Below are positions 27,578-36,089 of a stretch of DNA of 64,000 nt, one piece after another. The notes beneath the pieces are model-generated. The model was not told the origin of the DNA, ran no database searches, and worked only from the letters and a program-made list of their open reading frames with translations. Source of the DNA: an uncultured Candidatus Saccharibacteria bacterium (GTDB taxonomy: Bacteria > Patescibacteriota > Minisyncoccia > Phycocordibacterales > JACOZG01). The stretch covers positions 394,455-458,454 of the forward strand of contig OZ246403.1 of assembly GCA_965230925.1 (NCBI GenBank), given 5' to 3'. Position numbers and translations under genes: made by a program. Every line of letters begins with the position of its first letter. The stretch's first letter is position 1.

Positions 27578-27647
27578 CCCGTTACAAATTTAATAAACAT
27601 AATATTGGTAATAAAATTTTGCATGGTGAATTTGTAACGGGATTCAT
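27573..27647. mobile_element. 65-bp MITE-like element with TTCAT target duplication
   Basis: IR ATCCCGTTACAAATT (27576-27590) / AATTTGTAACGGGAT (27629-27643); TTCAT at 27573-27577 and 27643-27647. Confidence 0.72.
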
Positions 27648-27659
27648 GTTATTAAAAAA

Positions 27660-28475
27660 TTAAAACAAGCCTGGTTGCGAGGCTAATTTACTTGTTGCTT
27701 TAGCGGGCGCCAACTTAGGCTTAGCTTCTGCCAATACTTCGTCCACGGCGCCACGGAAAATACAATAATCACATTCCCCGCTCGCCGCCGGCGCATCACC
27801 CATTAAACATTTTTTAATTTCACCGAGCTTGGGCTCGATCCACTTGTCATCGCCGGTGTAAGGAATTAATTTCACGTCGAACTCGAGCCGGCCGTCGAAG
27901 GCCTTGGCATCACGCTTGCCGTTCACATACACAAAATAGCCGGTGGAAGAAACTTTAAAGCCATTTTGCCGCAAGAGCCATTGATACATTTCCATCTGAT
28001 TCTTATAGCCCTGCTGCCAGTCGGCGTCTAAGTTCACCTCAGTGTCCTTACTCGTCGCTTTATAATCCACCACGTGGAGCTCACCGGCTTTATTGACCCA
28101 CACATCGTCCACGGCACCAGTGATAATAAAATTAGTTGGCGCGTGATGATATTGCACACCCACGAAGTTCTCGCGCCACTTGTCGAGATCGCGATGCTCA
28201 TACGGCACAGCATCAAGCTTATACGCTTTCATCAAGGGATGCGGTTCTTGCTTCGCCCGGTGAGTATCAAATTCTTTCTTGAGCAGCAGGTCCACTGCGG
28301 CGTTGAGGCTAAAAGGGAAGCCAGGCGGCCGACCCACGCCGAGCCGGCGATCTAAGTAGAAACACAGCGGGCACTCGAGGAAAAGCTCAATCTTCGACCG
28401 ACTCAACTTAAACGGCTCCGCACTCGCCGGCTCAAAAATCCCCCGCGTCCGCTTACCCTTATAATATTCCGACAT
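27660..28475 (-). CDS. PD-(D/E)XK nuclease (AddB/Cas4-like, four Cys)
   Basis: LSRSKIELFLECPLCFY, GAVDD, VDYKAT, QMEMY, CDYC. Confidence 0.85.
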   Translation of the reverse strand: MSEYYKGKRTRGIFEPASAEPFKLSRSKIELFLECPLCFYLDRRLGVGRPPGFPFSLNAAVDLLLKKEFDTHRAKQEPHPLMKAYKLDAVPYEHRDLDKWRENFVGVQYHHAPTNFIITGAVDDVWVNKAGELHVVDYKATSKDTEVNLDADWQQGYKNQMEMYQWLLRQNGFKVSSTGYFVYVNGKRDAKAFDGRLEFDVKLIPYTGDDKWIEPKLGEIKKCLMGDAPAASGECDYCIFRGAVDEVLAEAKPKLAPAKATSKLASQPGLF

Positions 28476-28619
28476 AATTATTCGGATTGTAGCATAAAAG
28501 AAAAAGCCTCGACCGTTCGCGTATCGCGAGCTGGATCGAGGCTTCATTTTACTGCTTCAAAACGAAAGATCTCAGTGATATGTCACAATCAACCCGACCG
28601 GGCCGATGGGAGTTTTCAC

Positions 28620-28988
28620 TCAGACAAACCCTTGAATTGGAGTGGTCACATCGACCACTTTATCGGGAAACTCTCCCTTCCAACGATCGAGGGCTGTGTC
28701 CAAACGGGCCCGGGCCTCTTCTTGAGTGTCAGTCTTTTCGCCTTGCTCAAGAGTAAGCACCAAGAGGCCGTAACCATCGTCGAAAATCTGGGAATCGGAT
28801 GTTTTCATCTCCGTGAGCATGTTTTTGACGAAATCTTCACTGATACTCCGATCCTTTTTCAACCAGGTGACAATTTCCTTGCGCACCCCGTAGAGACTCT
28901 CACCGCTATCCTCCCTCTTCTCGCAACCAGGAATGAAGCTAGTCACCAAGACCAACAACAGTCCTATCCGGCACTTTTTCATGTGCAC
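28620..28988 (-). CDS. Orphan putative lipoprotein
   Basis: KKCRIGLLLVLVTSFIPGC lipobox-like; hairpin at 28504-28544 downstream. Confidence 0.55.
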   Translation of the reverse strand: MHMKKCRIGLLLVLVTSFIPGCEKREDSGESLYGVRKEIVTWLKKDRSISEDFVKNMLTEMKTSDSQIFDDGYGLLVLTLEQGEKTDTQEEARARLDTALDRWKGEFPDKVVDVTTPIQGFV

Positions 28989-29063
28989 CCTACCCTTCTG
29001 CCGAAAACATCGGCTCCAATTTCTTTTTTTAAACTACCTAAAACAAACGCCGGCGTCAAACCC

Positions 29064-31424
29064 TTACTTTACTTCCCCGAGGTTTTGGCCGGTGGAGACG
29101 TGGACGGCGAGCGGAACGCCGATATTTCCAGCGTTTTCCATAGACTCTTGAACAATTTTGCTAGTTTCTTCTACTTTAGCGTCTTCCACTTCGTAAATAA
29201 GTTCATCGTGCACTTGGAGGAGGAAGTGAGCGTGATTGAGGAGATTAGCAGTGTGGAGCCTGGCGTCAATCTTGATCATCGCGAGCTTTACAAGGTCGGC
29301 CGCGGTGCCTTGGAGCGGCGCGTTCATCGCGGCTCGCTCAGCCCCAGCTTTAATCGGTGGCACGGGCGAATTAATGCCCGGGAAGTAGCGCCGGCGGCCA
29401 AAGAAGGTCGAAGTGAAACCGTTTTGCCGCGCATCGCGCTTCACTTTCTCGAAGTACTCACGGATCGAGCCAAAGGTGGTGAAGTAATTATCGTAGAAAG
29501 CCGAGGCTTCCGCACGCGTCACTCCGAGCGTGGCCTGGAGGCGCGTGACACCCATACCGTAGATGATGCCGAAGTTAATCACCTTGGCGCGGCGACGCAT
29601 TTCTTTGGTCACCTCGGTGGGTGGGACATTGAAAACGCGTGAGGCTACCCCGGTGTGCACATCTTCACCTTTCTTAAAAATTTCGAGTAGCGCCGCGTCA
29701 CCAGAGAGCGCGGCGAGCACGCGCATTTCAATTTGTGAGTAATCCGCGGCAAGGAAGGTGTGCCCGGGTCGAGCAATGAAGCCTTTCCGCACAGCAAGCC
29801 CAAGCTCACCGGAGGCCGGGATATTTTGCATATTCGGATTCTCGGAGGACATGCGGCCGGTGGCGGCACCTGTCTGGCGCAACTTGCTGTGGAGCACACG
29901 GTTCTCATCAGCGAGCTTCGGGATCGCATCAATATACGTCGAGAGTAATTTCTGGAGTTCGCGCTGGAGGAGAATCTCGGTAATGATCGGATGTGCGTCC
30001 TTGAGCTTCTCCAGTTCACTCTCGCGGGTGGAGCGGGCACCACCAGCGGTTTTCTTGAGGCCCTTCGCGGTGAGCGCGAGCTTATCGAAAATAATGTCGC
30101 CGAGTTGCTTCGGCGAATTGATATTAAATTCTTGGCCAGCCAACTCATAAATCCTGGCTTCAATCTCTTTCAACTTCTGGTGATAATCTCGCGAAAGATT
30201 TTTTAAATAATCGATATCGGCCACAATCCCCCGCTCGCGCGCCGCTTCGATAATTGGAATTAGTGGGAGTTCAATCTCACGATAAACTTTTTCCAAGCTG
30301 CGCTTCTCGAGTTCTGTCTCCAAAAACTTTTTTGCCTCATCTAAATTTTCCGTCCCTGCCTGCGCAGGCAGGCCGGCAAGTCGCGCGAGATCTTCAAAAC
30401 TCGGATCACTATTCTCTGAATCTAAGAGCCAAACGGCAATTTGGGTCTCTTGATCTAGAATTATTTCTGACTTCTCTTCGACAGGTTTTTCGCTTTCCTC
30501 ACTATCTTCATTAAAAATCTGATCTGCCCGCGCGAGCAAACTCTTAAAGCCGAGCTCACTGAAAAATTCTTTCACCGCCGGCAAAGTTGAGCCGTCGCGG
30601 AAACGACAATCGTCTAAAATAAAGTCCACCGGCGCATCGCGGCGAATGGTGGCAAGAGTCTTCGAGAACTCGGCTTCTTCTTCACCTTCTTTCAGCAAAG
30701 CAATAATTCGCGGCGAAATTTTTAACTTTTTAAATTCGCTTTCATCTTTCTTCAGTACTTTGTACATTTTCTCGAGAGTACCGAAGTGACCAATGAGCAC
30801 GCTGGCTGTTTTCTCTCCAATCCCTTTGATGCCGATAATATTATCGCTCGGGTCGCCACGCAAACCTTTATAATCCGGCAAGCTCTCGGGGTCGAAACTA
30901 AAACGCGCTTTCACCGCTTCTTCGTCATAGAGAATCGTGTCATTAATCCCTTTTTTCAAAGTATAAACTTTCACTCTTTTACCAGACACGAGTTGCAAGG
31001 TGTCCATATCACCTGAGGCAATGATCACCTCCAAAGCTTTTTCTCCCTTCGTTTTCTCTACTAGAGTGCCGATAAGATCATCGGCTTCGAAACCCGGGGC
31101 TTCGAAAATAGGAATATTAAACGCGACAAACAAATCACGAGAGCGCACAATTTGCTTAACCAAAGACTCGTCCGTCTTCGGCCGCCCGGCCTTATAATCA
31201 TCGTAAATTGCTTTGCGGAAGGTCGGCTCGGGCAGATCGTAACAAGCGGCCAAGTAATCTGGCTTGAGCTCCTTAATAATCCGCATCAGCATGGTGGCGA
31301 GACCGTAAATACCGCCGGTAGGCTCACCACTCTTCGACGTGAAGTCCGGCATCGCGTGATAGGCGCGATGCAAGATCGCGTGTACATCAAGCAAAATTAA
31401 TTTCTCTAGTGTCTCCTTCGCCAT
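29064..31424 (-). CDS. polA: DNA polymerase I (5'-3' exonuclease plus polymerase; 3'-5' exonuclease region reduced)
   Basis: EADD, GDPSDNI, TGRMSSENPNMQNIP, DYSQIEMR, KVINFGIIYG, QVHDE. Confidence 0.97.
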   Translation of the reverse strand: MAKETLEKLILLDVHAILHRAYHAMPDFTSKSGEPTGGIYGLATMLMRIIKELKPDYLAACYDLPEPTFRKAIYDDYKAGRPKTDESLVKQIVRSRDLFVAFNIPIFEAPGFEADDLIGTLVEKTKGEKALEVIIASGDMDTLQLVSGKRVKVYTLKKGINDTILYDEEAVKARFSFDPESLPDYKGLRGDPSDNIIGIKGIGEKTASVLIGHFGTLEKMYKVLKKDESEFKKLKISPRIIALLKEGEEEAEFSKTLATIRRDAPVDFILDDCRFRDGSTLPAVKEFFSELGFKSLLARADQIFNEDSEESEKPVEEKSEIILDQETQIAVWLLDSENSDPSFEDLARLAGLPAQAGTENLDEAKKFLETELEKRSLEKVYREIELPLIPIIEAARERGIVADIDYLKNLSRDYHQKLKEIEARIYELAGQEFNINSPKQLGDIIFDKLALTAKGLKKTAGGARSTRESELEKLKDAHPIITEILLQRELQKLLSTYIDAIPKLADENRVLHSKLRQTGAATGRMSSENPNMQNIPASGELGLAVRKGFIARPGHTFLAADYSQIEMRVLAALSGDAALLEIFKKGEDVHTGVASRVFNVPPTEVTKEMRRRAKVINFGIIYGMGVTRLQATLGVTRAEASAFYDNYFTTFGSIREYFEKVKRDARQNGFTSTFFGRRRYFPGINSPVPPIKAGAERAAMNAPLQGTAADLVKLAMIKIDARLHTANLLNHAHFLLQVHDELIYEVEDAKVEETSKIVQESMENAGNIGVPLAVHVSTGQNLGEVK

Positions 31425-31836
31425 GATTAAAATAAATTTTTGTCACCTGCCTGCCGGTAGGCAGGGCGCTCTCGAAAAGTTCTGGGAACTTGTCGGCCCA
31501 TTCGACCAAAATCAGATTTTCCGGCTCGCTCGCAATTTCTGCCCAACCCAAATGCAATAATTCTTCCGGCTTCTCAAGGCGATAACAATCAATGTGAATC
31601 AGTTTTTTCCATTTACTCCTCGACTCCGCTCGGAGCAAGTAAATTTTCTCAAGCACAAAAGTCGGGCTCGTAATATTCTCCTTCACTCCAAGCGCTTCCG
31701 CCACCGCTTGGGTAAAAGTGGTCTTACCCGCACCCAAATTACCAATGAGAGCCACCACATTCCCCTGCGGACCACGTTTAAGCCACTCCCTAGCTGCCTC
31801 TTGCGTCTCCTCTTTGCTTTTCGTCACCACTTTCAC
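31387..31836 (-). CDS. tsaE: tRNA t6A biosynthesis ATPase TsaE
   Basis: GNLGAGKTTF, ITSPTF, HIDCYRL, VEWAD; GTG 31836 lies 6 nt after TACTTT. Confidence 0.93.
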   Translation of the reverse strand: MKVVTKSKEETQEAAREWLKRGPQGNVVALIGNLGAGKTTFTQAVAEALGVKENITSPTFVLEKIYLLRAESRSKWKKLIHIDCYRLEKPEELLHLGWAEIASEPENLILVEWADKFPELFESALPTGRQVTKIYFNHGEGDTREINFA

Positions 31837-31931
31837 CCTTACAAAGTAACAAAAAATCATCACGACGACCACTTTCCCACAGTTTGGACTAGCTATTTGG
31901 AAGCTGTGTGCTAGAACTAGAGACAAAGCAC

Positions 31932-33635
31932 ATGCTCAAGTTTCAAGAAGAGAAACAAGATCGCAAAGTTAATGAACTTCATGCCAAGGAGGCTGAATCC
32001 TTAGCTCAATTACTCGCCCAAAAACACAATCTCCCTTATCTTGATCTTTCCACCTCCCCTATCAACACCGACGCCCTGCGTATTGTCCCCGAAACGGAGG
32101 CACGCGAGGCTAAGGTCGCAGCTTTTAAAACCGTTGGCCGCACTCTGCACCTTCTAATTCTCTCGCCAGAACCCTTAGCGACCAAAAAATTGCTCGAAGA
32201 ACTTCGGAACAAGAACTATCACCTCGAAGTTTACCTTGGTTCAGAAGCAAGTCTTAACCGCGCCTGGGAACGGTATAGTGAAATTTCTGAATCCAACACC
32301 ACCACCGCTGGTGTAATTGATATTGCCGCTGAACGCATTAGCCAATTGATGGAGAAGCTAAACGATTTGCCACTCGTGAAAAAATCGCTTGAAGAAGAAA
32401 GCGTTGGTGCTCTCAAAACTGGCGGCATCTCTTCTTTCCTCGAGATTGTGCTGGCGGGCGCCATGGTGGCCAATGCCTCCGATATTCACTTCGAGCCAGG
32501 AGAAGCCACTGTGCGCTTACGTTATCGGCTTGATGGTGTTCTTAATGACATCGTTGATACTAATCTTAAGCTCTACCACCAGCTTCTCTCGCGGGTAAAA
32601 CTGGTTTCAGGTTTAAAACTTAATCTTAACCAGAGCGCACAAGATGGGCGCTTTAGTATTAAGCTCGGCGACGCAGAAATTGAGATTCGCACCTCTATCC
32701 TTCCGGGCGCTTATGGCGAATCTATTGTCCTTCGCGTTCTTAATCCAGAAGCCATCGCCGTCTCCTTCAAAGACTTGGGGATGGAAGAACGGCTTTTTGC
32801 AATTGTGTCTCATGAAATTAAAAAACCAAATGGTCTAATTCTTCTCACTGGCCCCACTGGCGCGGGTAAAACCACTACGCTCTACGCATTTTTGAAGGAA
32901 ATTAATTCTCCGGAAAGCAAAATTATCACCATTGAAGATCCGATTGAATACCACCTTAAAGGTGTAAATCAGACGCAAGTAAATCCCGAGAAGGAATACA
33001 CTTTCCTCTCAGGTCTCCGTTCAGCCCTGCGCCAAGACCCCGACATTATCATGGTGGGTGAAATCCGAGACTCGGAAACGGCCGAGATCGCCGTGAACGC
33101 CTCACTCACTGGCCACCTCGTCCTTTCTACCCTCCACACCAATAATGCCGCCGGTACAGTGCCCCGCCTCGTAGATCTCGGGGTAAACCCAAAAGTGATT
33201 GATTCGGCTCTCAATATCGCTCTTGCTCAGCGCTTGATCCGTAAACTTTGCTCGGATTGCAAAAAACCGGTTACTCTTGAACCAGCTCAGCAAAAAATGA
33301 TTGAAAATATTTTACTGGCGATTACCAAAAAGCGTTCGGGTTTCCAGGCTCCAACCGCACTCGCCTTCTTTGGTCCCACTGGTTGCCCCAAGTGCCACAA
33401 TACCGGTTACCGTGGCCGGATCGGCATCTTCGAAGCCATTATAATTGATGAGAAAGTGGCTAAACTTCTAGCAGACAGTAATCCAAATGAACGCGAGATT
33501 CGCATTGCGGCTCTTAGCCAAAATATCTTAGAAATGCGCGAGGATGGGATCCTCAAGGCCTTACAAGGAGTTACGGCCATTGAAGAACTGGCGCGTGTGG
33601 TCGACCTGGAAGAAGAAATCATCATGGCAACCTGA
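31932..33635 (+). CDS. pilB: GspE/PilB type IV pilus assembly ATPase
   Basis: ASDIHFEP, QDGRF, GPTGAGKTTT, TIEDPIE, LRQDPD, STLHTN, CxxC pairs. Confidence 0.92.
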   Translation: MLKFQEEKQDRKVNELHAKEAESLAQLLAQKHNLPYLDLSTSPINTDALRIVPETEAREAKVAAFKTVGRTLHLLILSPEPLATKKLLEELRNKNYHLEVYLGSEASLNRAWERYSEISESNTTTAGVIDIAAERISQLMEKLNDLPLVKKSLEEESVGALKTGGISSFLEIVLAGAMVANASDIHFEPGEATVRLRYRLDGVLNDIVDTNLKLYHQLLSRVKLVSGLKLNLNQSAQDGRFSIKLGDAEIEIRTSILPGAYGESIVLRVLNPEAIAVSFKDLGMEERLFAIVSHEIKKPNGLILLTGPTGAGKTTTLYAFLKEINSPESKIITIEDPIEYHLKGVNQTQVNPEKEYTFLSGLRSALRQDPDIIMVGEIRDSETAEIAVNASLTGHLVLSTLHTNNAAGTVPRLVDLGVNPKVIDSALNIALAQRLIRKLCSDCKKPVTLEPAQQKMIENILLAITKKRSGFQAPTALAFFGPTGCPKCHNTGYRGRIGIFEAIIIDEKVAKLLADSNPNEREIRIAALSQNILEMREDGILKALQGVTAIEELARVVDLEEEIIMAT

Positions 33636-33637
33636 AA

Positions 33638-33821
33638 ACAAAAAAATCGAACCCCTAAACCTCGCGGCAAGCCTTTCAATAGTGCTATGGAAAGTTAGGT
33701 TTCTAGCTAAGGATGGCCCCAGCAATTCGCCTTACGGCGAAAAACCAGGACGTCCTTGCCAGCAACCCGTTTAAGTCCCGAAGGACTTAGTTGCCGAGAG
33801 GTTTAGAGGTTCGATTAACGC
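33638..33821 (-). ncRNA. Structured ~180-nt ncRNA, 6S-RNA-like candidate
   Basis: 26-bp closing stem (33645-33670/33791-33816), internal UUCG and GUAA tetraloop hairpins, 3' U-tract, dedicated promoter. Confidence 0.72.
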
Positions 33822-33828
33822 TGCCAAG

Positions 33829-33857
33829 ATGCTATCATAGATTAAATTTAATGTCAA
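33829..33857 (-). promoter_or_regulatory. Sigma70 promoter of the ncRNA, overlapping the ruvB start
   Basis: TTGACA(33857-33852)-17 bp-TAGCAT(33834-33829), TG extension. Confidence 0.75.
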
Positions 33858-34864
33858 GAAACACCACTCCCACCGATACACCTGACCAATTTCTCGACAG
33901 CGCCCTCCGACCAGCGATTTGGGACGACTACATTGGCCAACAGAACATCAAGGATAACCTCAAAATCCTCCTCGGAGCCGCCAAAGAACGAAATCACCCT
34001 CCCGAGCACCTCATTTTCTATGGCCCACCCGGACTCGGTAAGACCACTCTCGCCCATCTCATTGCTAAGGAAATAGGGGCGCAAATGAAGATTACTTCCG
34101 GCCCAGCAATCGAGAAGGTTGGCGACCTTGCTTCTATTTTAACCAACCTGGCGGCTGGTGATGTGCTGTTTATTGATGAGATCCATCGTCTCAATAAAAC
34201 GATCGAGGAAGTGCTCTACCCAGCCATGGAATCCGGCACCCTCAATATAATCATTGGTAAAGGACCAGGAGCCAGGGTGATCCAGCTCGACTTACCGCCC
34301 TTTACCCTTATTGCCGCTACAACCCGCATTGCCCTCCTTTCCGCCCCCTTGCGCTCACGCTTCTCGGGCGGCACCTTTCGCCTCGAGTTCTATACCTTGC
34401 CGGAAATCAAACAAATTGTGAAGCACTCGGCCAAAATCTTGGGTGTAACAATTAATGATCAAGCAGCAGAAATTATTGCCAAAAGAAGTCGCGCTACTCC
34501 CCGAATTGCCAACCATCTTCTAAAGCGCTGCCGAGATTTAGCTCAAATGAAGAAAAAATCAGTTGATGAAAATATCGTGACCGAAACCTTAGGCTTAATG
34601 GGTATTGACGAAGAAGGCCTTTCTCAAGCTGATCGAAAAATTTTACAAATTATCATGGAAAAATTTAACGGCGGCCCAGTAGGAATAAGCACCCTCGCGG
34701 CCGCCACCTTCGAGGAAGAGGCTACAATAGAAGATGTGCATGAGCCATATCTCTTGCAACTAGGCTTCCTTGAGCGTACTCCACGCGGGCGAATGGCCAC
34801 AAAAAAAGCTTACGATCATGTTGGCATACCCTTCCCCGCTGATCGACAAGAAAAGATGTTTTGA
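33851..34864 (+). CDS. ruvB: Holliday junction helicase RuvB
   Basis: LRP, GPPGLGKTTLA, FIDEIHRL, YPAME, EPYLLQ, RTPRGR. Confidence 0.97.
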   Translation: MSRNTTPTDTPDQFLDSALRPAIWDDYIGQQNIKDNLKILLGAAKERNHPPEHLIFYGPPGLGKTTLAHLIAKEIGAQMKITSGPAIEKVGDLASILTNLAAGDVLFIDEIHRLNKTIEEVLYPAMESGTLNIIIGKGPGARVIQLDLPPFTLIAATTRIALLSAPLRSRFSGGTFRLEFYTLPEIKQIVKHSAKILGVTINDQAAEIIAKRSRATPRIANHLLKRCRDLAQMKKKSVDENIVTETLGLMGIDEEGLSQADRKILQIIMEKFNGGPVGISTLAAATFEEEATIEDVHEPYLLQLGFLERTPRGRMATKKAYDHVGIPFPADRQEKMF

Positions 34865-34877
34865 TTAAGCTAAAGAA

Positions 34878-35411
34878 ATGGCAGGACACAATAAATGGAC
34901 TCAAATTAAACGCCAAAAGGCGGTTGAGGATGGCAAAAAAAGTAAAATTTTCTCAATCCTCGCTCGTGTCTTAACTCTTGAAGCTAAGGCCGCGAAGGGC
35001 GATCGTAATGCCCCAGGTTTAAAAAAGGCGATTGAGAAGGCGCGGGTCGCCAATGTGCCGAGCGATAATATCGAACGGGCCATTGCCCGCGGCGTTGGTG
35101 GCGAAGGTGGCGAACTAACCGTGGTGATGTATGAAGCCTATGGTCCGGGCGGCGTAGCTTTGCTCATTACTGGTATTACGGATAATAAAAATCGCACTTC
35201 GCAAGAGATTAAACATATTCTCTCCGAGCACGGTGCCAATCTTGCCCCGCAAGGATCAGTAACTTGGGCTTTTACTAAAACAAATGAGGGCTGGCAACCA
35301 AACAATCTCATCGACCTCGCTGAGGCCGAGCAAAGCACTATGAATTTATTGCGTCTCGCTTTGGAAAATCACGAGGATGTTGAACACCTTTATGATAATT
35401 GCCGGCGTTGA
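34878..35411 (+). CDS. YebC/PmpR family protein (short form)
   Basis: MAGHNKWTQIKR, YEAYGPGG, TDNKNRT. Confidence 0.93.
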   Translation: MAGHNKWTQIKRQKAVEDGKKSKIFSILARVLTLEAKAAKGDRNAPGLKKAIEKARVANVPSDNIERAIARGVGGEGGELTVVMYEAYGPGGVALLITGITDNKNRTSQEIKHILSEHGANLAPQGSVTWAFTKTNEGWQPNNLIDLAEAEQSTMNLLRLALENHEDVEHLYDNCRR

Positions 35412-35889
35412 TCCTGGGTACGGTAAGCTCGGCGTCGCAATTGTGGAGAAACAAGGCGCAAACAAAGAAGTTTTACTCTTCTCGACCTGCCTCATTACGA
35501 GCGCCAAGCAATCACTCCCCGACCGCCTCTTCGAGATCGGTACCGGCTTTGAAAAAATTATAAAAGAATTTTCTCCCGAGCGCTTGGCAATAGAAAAATT
35601 ATTTTTTACCACCAATCAGAAAACGGCGATGGGCGTGGCTGAAGCACGAGGAGTCATTACCTATCTCGGCCGAGCCCACGGCCTCACCGTCGCTGATTAT
35701 ACGCCACTTGAGATCAAACAAACCATTACCGGATATGGTCGCGCCGAGAAAAAGCAAGTGGCTGACTTACTTCCGAAACTGATTAAAATCGACAAAAAAA
35801 TTAAGGAGGATGATGAACTGGACGCTATCGCTGTGGCCCTCACCGATCTCTTTATCCACAAGTCGCGGGCAATTGGGTTGCAAAAATAA
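35392..35889 (+). CDS. ruvC: Crossover junction endonuclease RuvC
   Basis: IAGVDPG, IEKLFF, VAEARGV, GYGRAEK, DDELDA. Confidence 0.95.
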   Translation: MIIAGVDPGYGKLGVAIVEKQGANKEVLLFSTCLITSAKQSLPDRLFEIGTGFEKIIKEFSPERLAIEKLFFTTNQKTAMGVAEARGVITYLGRAHGLTVADYTPLEIKQTITGYGRAEKKQVADLLPKLIKIDKKIKEDDELDAIAVALTDLFIHKSRAIGLQK

Positions 35890-35969
35890 AAGCGGGGTGA
35901 TAAAACTTAGCGGTGTTTTCGAAGGCAAAAGGTCGGAAACAATTTATTGGCAAAAATTTAGTTAAAAAC

Positions 35970-36089
35970 ATGGACGATCTCGAAGTCGAGGATATCAAAG
36001 ACGAGGAGGAAGAAGATGATTTAGACACTGACGATAAAGGCGTTGCTGGTGATGATGAGGAAGAAGAGGAAATGCCAGATGACGAATAA
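35970..36089 (+). CDS. 39-aa hyper-acidic microprotein
   Basis: MDDLEVEDIKDEEEEDDLDTDDKGVAGDDEEEEEMPDDE; fills the ruvC-tyrS gap up to the tyrS stop. Confidence 0.65.
   Translation: MDDLEVEDIKDEEEEDDLDTDDKGVAGDDEEEEEMPDDE

Noticed and set aside
27660-28475. CRISPR-Cas system suggested by the Cas4-like gene
   Set aside because: No repeat-spacer array or other cas genes seen anywhere in the window.
28575-29642. 355-aa plus-strand ORF
   Set aside because: Antisense to polA and the lipoprotein gene; no recognisable domain.
33791-33850. N-terminal extension of RuvB and ORF 33544-33774
   Set aside because: They overlap the structured RNA and its promoter; ATG 33851 fits RuvB.
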